This document shows, one piece after another, positions 26,571-34,615 of a DNA stretch of 40,811 bases. Origin of the DNA: a virus (taxonomy: Duplodnaviria > Caudoviricetes); IMG/VR virus record IMGVR_UViG_3300030433_002499, positions 1 through 40,811 of that record. One strand, 5' to 3'. The notes under the pieces are model-generated. The model was not told where the DNA came from. It was given only the letters and a program-made list of their open reading frames with translations, and ran no database searches. The position numbers were made by a program, and so were the translations under genes. Position 1 is the stretch's first letter. Every line of letters begins with the position of its first letter.

Positions 26571-27226
26571 TGTATCAACAACAAATTATAGGACAGAACG
26601 CACCAACGCAATTCAACCCCATGTTGAATCCGATTGAACAAGCGAGAACGGCAGGGCAAGTAGTAGAATACCAGTTTATGAACCTCAAGCCAAATAAGAA
26701 AGAAAAGGAATTAGTTAAGGTTCTTTTGCCAGAACCTAAGTCTTTTCTTTTCTTTAGATACGGTAAGAAATTTAATCTCAAAGACCGTTGCGTTGTCTGC
26801 GGTATGCATCATCTATGGGAACCAAGCGATTACCTACGACCACCTATTCCTTTGGAAAAGGTTGTGAAAGGACGACCGCTTAAGGGCACATATTGTCCTA
26901 AACACGCATCAATGTTCAAGCAATTGGAAATGCTTGAGCAACAAATCCTTGCAGAGAAGCATGGCTTAGATTTCAAGGCATTCAAGCCTCGGATGCCAAA
27001 GGCCCTATCGGGTAAGCCCCTTACACACTTAAGCAAAAACGATGTTGCTTCTCTCACTGCGGCAGGCTATTTTATTAAGCCGCCCACCTTACAGGATAAC
27101 AGGTCGGCCACCAATGAAGCCATTGAGTTGGTCGGGCAAATAAATATTTTGACAGACAGACTCAATTATTTGATGATTCAAAACGGAGTAAAAGCACCCG
27201 AACAAATTGAAGAGAAGGAGGAATAG
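26570..27226 (+). CDS. Zinc-finger-containing protein with C-terminal coiled coil
   Basis: CVVCGMHH...YCPKH; TGATG overlap suggests ATG 26570. Confidence 0.7.
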   Translation: MYQQQIIGQNAPTQFNPMLNPIEQARTAGQVVEYQFMNLKPNKKEKELVKVLLPEPKSFLFFRYGKKFNLKDRCVVCGMHHLWEPSDYLRPPIPLEKVVKGRPLKGTYCPKHASMFKQLEMLEQQILAEKHGLDFKAFKPRMPKALSGKPLTHLSKNDVASLTAAGYFIKPPTLQDNRSATNEAIELVGQINILTDRLNYLMIQNGVKAPEQIEEKEE

Positions 27227-27228
27227 AT

Positions 27229-27876
27229 ATGGGACTACTTGGAACAAGAAATTCAACCGTATTAACTGCGGTTCAAGCACAGAACGACCAGCAATTTAAG
27301 AATGTGAATAATCTACTTTCTCTACAGGATAACCATGTAGAAGAGTTTTTCCAATATCACGGCGAGTTATTCTTAACCGCTATGGAACAATTGATGGAAG
27401 ATGTTATTCAAAGAACCGTTTCCGATATGTTAAGCAAGTTATCCTTTACTAACAACGCCGGAACAATGACTGTCAATGCAGATACTCTGCAAGAATATCA
27501 AAAGATTACTCAAGAAAATATTGATTTAGATATTCAAAAGATTCTTAATGCGGCAATTAACAGTGAAGTTGTTATGCAGAGAAAGATGGCAAAACAACAA
27601 TACCTTGAGTCTCAAGGCTTTAGTAGTGGCGCACAACAGCCCTCAACAGGGATGGCTATTGCTGGAATTACGGGCCAAACCCAACAATACCAACAGATGC
27701 AGGGGGCTATGAACAATGGGTCGGGCTACCCTGTTCCTCCTTCGGGAACGGATGGCTATGGTCGCCCATATTGGATTGATGCCCAAGGTCAAATGTCCTA
27801 TGAGCCCCCTTCAAGTGGACTTCATTTAGGTGCGGCAATTCAAAAAGGTGCGGCTTGGGCTAAATGGTTAATGTGA
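27229..27876 (+). CDS. Gln-rich helical protein with amphipathic C-terminal helix
   Basis: GGAGG RBS; Q/G-rich low-complexity segment; ends LGAAIQKGAAWAKWLM. Confidence 0.7.
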   Translation: MGLLGTRNSTVLTAVQAQNDQQFKNVNNLLSLQDNHVEEFFQYHGELFLTAMEQLMEDVIQRTVSDMLSKLSFTNNAGTMTVNADTLQEYQKITQENIDLDIQKILNAAINSEVVMQRKMAKQQYLESQGFSSGAQQPSTGMAIAGITGQTQQYQQMQGAMNNGSGYPVPPSGTDGYGRPYWIDAQGQMSYEPPSSGLHLGAAIQKGAAWAKWLM

Positions 27877-27877
27877 G

Positions 27878-29506
27878 GTGTCTAACATGGAATATCAGGT
27901 TTCTTGGGGTATTGGCGGCGACACCCTGCTTATGCCTTCACAGAAAGATGTTATTCGTGGACACATTCAAAGATACTTAACTGCCAATAGGAGAGAACAC
28001 GACTCTATTTCTGATGAAACCATCAAGGCATTAGAAACTCTTTATGGCAATCTAAACGAGAGCGAAGCAGACGACTTTACTATTATTCTTAGTGATATTG
28101 TAAATGATATTCTTCAAGACGAAGATATTGCCATTAACTTCTACAAAAAGGATAACGAAGCGTGGGAAGAATATCTTGGCGGTGCTAAAACCGCCGAGAA
28201 TAAAAATTTGCGAGAACTTTTGACAGATTATGCAGAGGCTACTACTCTGTATGAAGTCCATGTTGGTTCTTCGGATTACGATAGACTTCGTGGACAGTCT
28301 GGATATAAGTTTGGTAGGGATATGCAAAAATTACCAAAATTTAATATGGATGCTTTCAAAAGAGAGTATAAACTAACGCCAAGAATTATTAATAATCCCA
28401 TTGAATTAGAAGTTAGTATTGCCAAAAAAGGAGCAACAAAAACTCGCGGAACATTTGAAGAAGTTTTAGAAAGAGCCCAAAAAGATAGAAAAAAACAAAG
28501 GGCAGTTATTAGAGAGCAATTAAAAGATAAAACTCCCTTAGCAATCGCTAGAATGATTAATAAAGATAGAGGCGAAGAAAACAAAATTAAGAAGATTCAT
28601 TTAGACGAAATGAAAAAGAGATACGAAGATGGAGAGGTTAAAAGAACTTTAGAAGAACAAATGCTCCGTATGGGAATTGACCATTTTTCTTCACTAACTA
28701 ATTTTGAGGCGACTGCAAGATTAATTGACCAAAGTTTAAGTATTAACTACAAACTTAGGGTAGAACCCTCAATGATGTTTTATCAGGTGGGGCAATTTAA
28801 AGGTTATTTGCCATCTTTAGAGGACTTGGCTCAAGCACAAATAGATGAAAAATCAAAACAAATTAAAGAAAGAGGTGTAGTTTCGGGAGGCTGGACTTCC
28901 GTTTCGGGTATGGAAATTAAATTCAATAAGAATATGTTTGAAGAAGATGAATACGATGAAGAAGAAGAAGAGTTTAAAGGTGAGATTTCTCTTCCCGCTG
29001 TCTCTCTTAATGGCATGACTAAAGATATTACACACTTTACTTTAAGTGATTTAGTTGCGGAGGATTGGCTTAAAGATAAAAAGAAACAAAAAGATGTGTT
29101 CACTTTCCCAATACAGACCAATACTCTATTTAATCAAATTCGTGAAGATTCAAGATTTGAAAGATTTTTAGATTTTGGTTTAAAAGAAATAGATAAAGTC
29201 ACTGTTAATGTAGTAGAAGTCAAATTTGTTTTACCTAGTAAGGATAAAAAAGGAACCACTGCCATAGAGGGGGCTTTTTCTCAAGAACAACAAATTCTTG
29301 CTAAGAGACTGTCTGGCATTAAAGCACTCACTAAACTAAAAACCGCAAACATCGCAGTTTGGGACACACAAACATATTCCCGAGAAAGCATCAAACCATC
29401 AAGAAAGATGCAAGAACATTTAAGCCTATTCAAAGAACGGATAGAAGATTTAATAGATTACTACGATGTAGAAGTGAGTGGCGAAGTAAATGACATGGAG
29501 GACTGA
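27878..29506 (+). CDS. Large hypothetical protein
   Basis: 542-aa ORF (start possibly ATG 27887 after GAGGTG); charged; no motif recognised. Confidence 0.7.
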   Translation: MSNMEYQVSWGIGGDTLLMPSQKDVIRGHIQRYLTANRREHDSISDETIKALETLYGNLNESEADDFTIILSDIVNDILQDEDIAINFYKKDNEAWEEYLGGAKTAENKNLRELLTDYAEATTLYEVHVGSSDYDRLRGQSGYKFGRDMQKLPKFNMDAFKREYKLTPRIINNPIELEVSIAKKGATKTRGTFEEVLERAQKDRKKQRAVIREQLKDKTPLAIARMINKDRGEENKIKKIHLDEMKKRYEDGEVKRTLEEQMLRMGIDHFSSLTNFEATARLIDQSLSINYKLRVEPSMMFYQVGQFKGYLPSLEDLAQAQIDEKSKQIKERGVVSGGWTSVSGMEIKFNKNMFEEDEYDEEEEEFKGEISLPAVSLNGMTKDITHFTLSDLVAEDWLKDKKKQKDVFTFPIQTNTLFNQIREDSRFERFLDFGLKEIDKVTVNVVEVKFVLPSKDKKGTTAIEGAFSQEQQILAKRLSGIKALTKLKTANIAVWDTQTYSRESIKPSRKMQEHLSLFKERIEDLIDYYDVEVSGEVNDMED

Positions 29507-29509
29507 TAA

Positions 29510-30832
29510 ATGTCTATTACCTCATCACCAAGCGACTATGACAATTCATACCATACTGGTTCGGGCGTAGCGCAATCATATGAAAATGGCTACGGTTTTT
29601 ATACTGATTTCAAATCAGTGGCGCATTTGCTTCAAGTGCCAGAATTTGGCACAACGACTTACCCCACAATTAAGCAAGTCGGTGCAATCATTAAAAGAAT
29701 TGAAGGAACGGTAGATGATAAACTCAAAAGAAGTTATCGTCCTATTATTACTAAGAAAGAAATTCATAACTTTCAATTTAGAAATCATCCCGGCCAAACT
29801 CTATATGGCGGATATGTTGGCTTTATTCAGTTAAGACAGATGAAGGTTCGCAAAATCGTTTCTCTTTTGGTTTGGTCTGGTAGTGGCTATAAAGAAATTG
29901 CTTCTGCCCAAGCCAAAATTCAATTGCATGATAACTTTAGAGACATTCATTCTATTATCTTACAACTGCCAAATAGCGGTGTTGAATTTGAAATGGTTGC
30001 AGAGAACACAGTTAGCGATTTAGCCAACGATGAATTTTGTAATACCTTTGGAATCAAAACAACTACCACTGAAATTTCACACTTAGTTAATGGCGAGTTT
30101 CCGAGCACTTCGCAATATACTGGGGCTACTTCGTCAAAGAGTTTAACCTCCAGCAATTTGTCGCTTTCAGACTTTTTCTTTGCCCAAAAGGAGGAAGGAA
30201 ATGGCGGGACTGTCCTCTTCTCATCCCTACTTTCGGGGGATGATGGGGCCGATTGTGTCCTCAAAGCAACGATAAAACAAACCTGCACAACGACGAATAG
30301 TAGCACTTCCTTGACTGTTGCTGATTCAAGCAAACTCAAGGCGGGAATGGTTGTAAGTGGGACGGGGATAACGGGAACTGTTAGCATCGCTTCTATCACT
30401 GATTCAACGACAGTCGTTCTTGATACTGCCGCCACCGCTTCGGGAACGAACACTTTGACATTTACCACCACCGATGAAATTCCAACAGTTTGCACTTTGA
30501 CCACATTTACTGATAAGGACGACATGAAAAGAACGGGAGACTATTGGCTTTTAGGAGAAGAAGGACGCGTTTTCTTTTTGCAGGATTATCCCTATCATAC
30601 TCGCAATTCTGTATTTGTTTCTTATGTTGCTGGAAATGCAAGGGTTCCTGCCGCCGTTCACGAAGCGACGACTAAACTTGTTGCGGCTGAAATTATTCGG
30701 CATGACGACCAAAGCGTATTGATTGCAGAGACAGGAGCAAACATTTCAACGAAAGAGAAGTATGATATTCTCAAGAAAGAAGCGATGGACATTCTCAAGG
30801 GTAAATCGGATATTGTCTATTTCATTGATTAG
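29510..30832 (+). CDS. Head-tail adaptor/connector with an inserted Thr-rich beta domain
   Basis: N-terminal YTDFKSVAHLLQ and C-terminal VSYVAGNARVPAAVHEATTKLVAAEI resemble the gp6/gp15 adaptor pattern; lies before the tail genes. Confidence 0.7.
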   Translation: MSITSSPSDYDNSYHTGSGVAQSYENGYGFYTDFKSVAHLLQVPEFGTTTYPTIKQVGAIIKRIEGTVDDKLKRSYRPIITKKEIHNFQFRNHPGQTLYGGYVGFIQLRQMKVRKIVSLLVWSGSGYKEIASAQAKIQLHDNFRDIHSIILQLPNSGVEFEMVAENTVSDLANDEFCNTFGIKTTTTEISHLVNGEFPSTSQYTGATSSKSLTSSNLSLSDFFFAQKEEGNGGTVLFSSLLSGDDGADCVLKATIKQTCTTTNSSTSLTVADSSKLKAGMVVSGTGITGTVSIASITDSTTVVLDTAATASGTNTLTFTTTDEIPTVCTLTTFTDKDDMKRTGDYWLLGEEGRVFFLQDYPYHTRNSVFVSYVAGNARVPAAVHEATTKLVAAEIIRHDDQSVLIAETGANISTKEKYDILKKEAMDILKGKSDIVYFID

Positions 30833-30850
30833 GTGATAATATGTGGAAAG
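30824..30850 (+). repeat. 27-bp direct repeat, copy 1 (ATTGATTAGGTGATAATATGTGGAAAG)
   Basis: Identical to 31191-31217. Confidence 0.9.
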
Positions 30851-31191
30851 ACATTTTAAAGATTAATATCCAAGAAGCCCGCAGGTTGGGGTATAAATAT
30901 GCGCCCGATGAAATGCTTGAAGAAATAGAAAAAAAGAAAGAAAGGCATGCCGATAATTTTAAGAGGAAATTAGATGAGTATGCTTCTACATATACTTATT
31001 CGTGGGGGCGTAATGAACATATGCAAAAGAAAATAGACTATTTCTCTGAAAAATTAAAAAGATTTAAAGAAGCAAAAAAACCACATGAGATAGAAAAATT
31101 AGGGCGAGAACTTACCGACATTTCTTGGAATGTTTTCGGTGTTTCCATAGGAGCAATTAAATTAAATATTCCTGAAACCATGGAAAAGTGA
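30841..31191 (+). CDS. Hypothetical protein with WxxILK leader
   Basis: AGGTGAT RBS; starts MWKDILK. Confidence 0.7.
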   Translation: MWKDILKINIQEARRLGYKYAPDEMLEEIEKKKERHADNFKRKLDEYASTYTYSWGRNEHMQKKIDYFSEKLKRFKEAKKPHEIEKLGRELTDISWNVFGVSIGAIKLNIPETMEK

Positions 31192-31217
31192 TTGATTAGG
31201 TGATAATATGTGGAAAG
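31191..31217 (+). repeat. 27-bp direct repeat, copy 2
   Basis: Identical to 30824-30850. Confidence 0.9.
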
Positions 31218-31510
31218 GCATTATTAAAAAATATGCAGGTAAGTGCAAAATTAAGGGTTGTAAAAATCAAGCAAATCCTGATGTTAGTTATTTTGATGGG
31301 GCTGGAGTAGTTATTCAAGATGTTATGAGAACAAAAAGACTACCACATGAACCTCATCATTTTTGTGAAGACCATCAAGATGATTTCTTAGCGATGCAAA
31401 ACGAAATATATTATGCTGGTCGTTTTGAGAACGATATGGCGATTGTAGAACAGGTTCTTAGGGAATACCGACATTTGAACGATATAGAACCATTAGAAGA
31501 AGGCGAATAA
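31208..31510 (+). CDS. Zinc-finger-like protein with WxxIIK leader
   Basis: Starts MWKGIIK; CKIKGC...FCEDH. Confidence 0.7.
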   Translation: MWKGIIKKYAGKCKIKGCKNQANPDVSYFDGAGVVIQDVMRTKRLPHEPHHFCEDHQDDFLAMQNEIYYAGRFENDMAIVEQVLREYRHLNDIEPLEEGE

Positions 31511-31511
31511 A

Positions 31512-31727
31512 ATGGCGATTGAAATTGACATGAAAGTGTTCAATGAACTTTTGCAGATTCAAAAAGAAAGAAAACTTGCTATGGATGAATTATCTCTCGC
31601 ACTTGGTTATGATGTGTCGTTTTCTGATGAAGAAGTGAAACAATTTGCTATGGAAGAATATGAAAAATATATCAATAAACAGATTAATGAAGAGGTGAAG
31701 AAATGGATGAAGTCTCTTTACTCATAG
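31512..31727 (+). CDS. Small helical hypothetical protein
   Basis: 71-aa ORF coupled to its neighbours. Confidence 0.6.
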   Translation: MAIEIDMKVFNELLQIQKERKLAMDELSLALGYDVSFSDEEVKQFAMEEYEKYINKQINEEVKKWMKSLYS

Positions 31728-32215
31728 ATTTGATTAATTCTAATTGGTCTTCAAATGCCACGGCTTTAGTCTCAAGTGGTGATATTTCGGCTTCTCATGC
31801 CGTTGTTCCCGAAGTTATTGACATTCGCACTACTGCGGCAAACAAAGGTGTTCGTGTAGATTTGAACCAATACCCTGCTACAATTGTAGTCTTTGAGGAT
31901 TCGCAAAACATTGAATATCCTACGGTGCATTATGATGTGCGCCACGAAACTTATTCCTTCACCATGCACATTCGGGTTCTCCATGATGAGAGGTCGGGGC
32001 TGGATGCGAATTACGGCAAAGACAGGCTAAGGGCTATATACTTGATTCTTCGTAGAGTCCTTGAGAGCAAGCGCACAGGTTATACGGCCTCGGACGGTTC
32101 CCGTTTCCAGCAATTATTTTTGGGTTCAAGAAGCGAGTCAAATGACAGAGCGAAGCGATTATTTGGATATAAAGTAAGTTTAGAAGCGAAACGATTTGCA
32201 GTAAGTATTCCCTAG
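31703..32215 (+). CDS. Putative tail completion/terminator protein
   Basis: 170 aa with alpha/beta pattern (PATIVVFE...YSFTMHIRV), directly before the tail tube; GAGGTG RBS. Confidence 0.6.
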   Translation: MDEVSLLIDLINSNWSSNATALVSSGDISASHAVVPEVIDIRTTAANKGVRVDLNQYPATIVVFEDSQNIEYPTVHYDVRHETYSFTMHIRVLHDERSGLDANYGKDRLRAIYLILRRVLESKRTGYTASDGSRFQQLFLGSRSESNDRAKRLFGYKVSLEAKRFAVSIP

Positions 32216-32245
32216 TAAGTTTGTTCAATAGGGGAGGAAAACAAC

Positions 32246-33877
32246 ATGGCGATTAATACGGACATATTTTTGGGAAGCGGAGCAAATTTGGCATTAGTGC
32301 CAGAAACTGATTTATATTTTAAACTAAACGAAAGCACTAGCACCACGACTAATATCGTGGCAGTTAGTGATTTTAGCGCAAATTATCTTTTAGTAGAAGA
32401 TATTTATGTAGGGTGTGTCGTTGATTTATACGATGCAAGTGTTTCTACCACTGCTCCTGCTTCATCTCATATTATCACTTCAAATGATAGCACTTCTATT
32501 ACTATTTCTCCTGCTCACGAAATTTCTTCGCTGGCTTCTTCTGACTTTGTTATTATTAGAAGTTATGGTGCGCCAAGTGTCGGACAAAAGAATTCAACCG
32601 TTAAAAGATTAAATGCTGATAACTGGCTCGGTGTTGTAGAATCTGCTTCTTTCCCAAATGTTGATGTTGAAGTCAAGCAGGTCAATTTAGCCCTTGGAAC
32701 AACGAGAAACTACGAATACCAGTATAAGGGTATTGAAACTGCGAGTGGCGCAAACATTAACTTGGTTGCTAACCACGGTGCATTTTTGTATTACGCTTTA
32801 GGTTCTTGTAGCCAAGTTCAATGTCATGTAAATGCCACAAACCCGAATTCTAACGGTGTTGATGCTGATTCTGCTGGCGATGTGTATATTGATGTTGGGG
32901 GAGGTGCTGGTGGAAGTATTACTACTACTACGCATTTAAGTCAAGGGCCAATTTTCTACAAAACAGGATATGCCGCAACAGGGACTCAAGGGGATGGATT
33001 AACCCCTCCATTGGTTGCTAACCTTGATGATAGAACGGCCATGTATCGGCTAACCCGACCAACCACTACTGCAACGGCTATTACAAATCCGATTACTTAC
33101 ACCTTTACCGAAGCCAGCGGCGAGGAATTGCCTTCGTTTGCTCTTGAGCAAACCCTTAGCAAATTGGAATCCTCAAACACTTTCATTACGGGAGACACCA
33201 CCTTAGCCACCGAGTCGCATAACTTTGTGCGAATCGCAAGAGGCAATCGTGTTCAAACGCTCACGCTTACGGCAAATGAGAATGAAGAATTGAAAATGAC
33301 GATGGACTTAAACACCCGTGGCGTTCACCGACTTAAGACGAATGAATCATATGAAGCGAGAGGCGGAGCAGGTAGCGATAACGACAAACTGTTCAACCTT
33401 AACGACACCTCCGATGATGCAGAATTCCTTGAACCATTCTTCTTCTCTTCGGGTTCTTTCACCATTTTCGGTGAACAATTCCTCAAGATTACGAACCTTA
33501 GTTTGACTATCAACAACAATCTGCAAGAGAAGCGATTTATTGGAATCGGAAATAAATCTCTTAAGACTGACATTCCATCTTTCCGAAACTATGAATTGTC
33601 CTTTACTGCATTAGTCACTGATAACAGATTGTTTGAGGAATTGTTTGACCAAGCAGAGCAAACTGGAACGAACCTTACCGATGATAACGGTTTGATTCAG
33701 TTAGTCTTTGATAAGGCAAATGGCGAACAAATTAAACTCCAGTTTAAGAATTATATGATTAACGCTGCTAACTACACTGTTCCTGATGATAAGGGGCCAA
33801 TTACTGTTGAAGCAACAGTCATGCCGAGAGACTTACATCTCTGTGAAGTTAAGACTCACTGGGTTTTGCAGGGGTGA
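32246..33877 (+). CDS. Major tail (tube) protein with extra domains
   Basis: LPSFALEQ, VQTLTLTANENEELKMTMDL and ITNLSLTINNNL tube-like strands; GGGGAGG RBS; upstream of chaperones and tape measure. Confidence 0.75.
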   Translation: MAINTDIFLGSGANLALVPETDLYFKLNESTSTTTNIVAVSDFSANYLLVEDIYVGCVVDLYDASVSTTAPASSHIITSNDSTSITISPAHEISSLASSDFVIIRSYGAPSVGQKNSTVKRLNADNWLGVVESASFPNVDVEVKQVNLALGTTRNYEYQYKGIETASGANINLVANHGAFLYYALGSCSQVQCHVNATNPNSNGVDADSAGDVYIDVGGGAGGSITTTTHLSQGPIFYKTGYAATGTQGDGLTPPLVANLDDRTAMYRLTRPTTTATAITNPITYTFTEASGEELPSFALEQTLSKLESSNTFITGDTTLATESHNFVRIARGNRVQTLTLTANENEELKMTMDLNTRGVHRLKTNESYEARGGAGSDNDKLFNLNDTSDDAEFLEPFFFSSGSFTIFGEQFLKITNLSLTINNNLQEKRFIGIGNKSLKTDIPSFRNYELSFTALVTDNRLFEELFDQAEQTGTNLTDDNGLIQLVFDKANGEQIKLQFKNYMINAANYTVPDDKGPITVEATVMPRDLHLCEVKTHWVLQG

Positions 33878-33881
33878 TTTC

Positions 33882-33995
33882 ATGGACAGGTATGAAAAAG
33901 CCCGCTACATTGAATCACTAAAGGCTAAGACCAAAAAGAAAAAGGTCGTCAAGGAAAAAGTTGAGGAACCCAAGAAATCCAAATTAGCAGAATGA
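33882..33995 (+). CDS. Very small basic protein
   Basis: GGGGTGAT then ATG 33882; MDRYEKARYIESLKAKTKKKK... Confidence 0.45.
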   Translation: MDRYEKARYIESLKAKTKKKKVVKEKVEEPKKSKLAE

Positions 33996-34034
33996 TATTC
34001 CACCAACACCGTTTGTTTGTTTGTTGGTTAGAAG

Positions 34035-34415
34035 GTGGAGAATATGTTAAGTGATAAGAAGATTGTATCTGACAAAAGCGTGCTATTTGCACTAACCGAG
34101 CCTACGCTACATTATATCCGTGTAGCACCAGAAAGTGATGAATACCTCAAAGTGTGGGTCAAGGAACCTACATGGCTTGAGGTGGACAAAGCCATGAACG
34201 CCATGATGAAAATTGATGCAAAGCGTCAAGATATGGAATTGGACTTAAACGCTATGTTTAGGTTTATGTTTGAAAACTTTGTTGTTAAGACAGAACCATC
34301 TCTTTCTGCGGTTGATATTCTCCGCTTGACTCCCTATGTTGGGAATCAAATCAAAGACATTCTCCCAAACCCGTTTAACGCGTTAGAGGAGGATGAAGAA
34401 AAAAACGAAGATTGA
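34035..34415 (+). CDS. Tail assembly chaperone (gpG-like)
   Basis: Lies between tail tube and tape measure; ends in the slippery site A AAA AAC. Confidence 0.75.
   Translation: MENMLSDKKIVSDKSVLFALTEPTLHYIRVAPESDEYLKVWVKEPTWLEVDKAMNAMMKIDAKRQDMELDLNAMFRFMFENFVVKTEPSLSAVDILRLTPYVGNQIKDILPNPFNALEEDEEKNED
34400..34406 (+). other. Programmed -1 ribosomal frameshift heptamer A AAA AAC
   Basis: X XXY YYZ heptamer in frame with the chaperone; the -1 frame continues CGA AGA TTG into ORF 34412-34615. Confidence 0.8.
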
Positions 34416-34615
34416 GGGGTGCTTTGAAGGGAGGCAAAGCCTCTCCTAAAGATTACTCCTTAATTATCGTATATACCTTAGCGAAAGCATTATCCATAAG
34501 TCCCTTAGAAGTATATCAAATGCCAGCATCACTAGTCAAAGATTTGTTATTGGTTCATAGAAATGTAGAAATGATTAAGGCTGAAGAGATAGAAAAAGCA
34601 AGTAAAAAGAAGTGA
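34412..34615 (+). CDS. Tail assembly chaperone C-terminal extension (gpT-like, probably made as a frameshift fusion)
   Basis: In the -1 frame relative to the upstream ORF; LAKALSISPLEVYQMP resembles the gpT-type motif; no RBS of its own. Confidence 0.7.
   Translation: MRGALKGGKASPKDYSLIIVYTLAKALSISPLEVYQMPASLVKDLLLVHRNVEMIKAEEIEKASKKK

Noticed and set aside
30824-31217. 27-bp repeat as a CRISPR array or IS target-site duplication
   Set aside because: There are only two copies, separated by a full ORF, with no cas or transposase gene; the repeat consists of stop, RBS and start codons
32246-33877. Tail sheath (myovirus) assignment based on the 543-aa size
   Set aside because: The sequence is beta-strand tube-like and is followed by chaperones and tape measure with no separate tube gene
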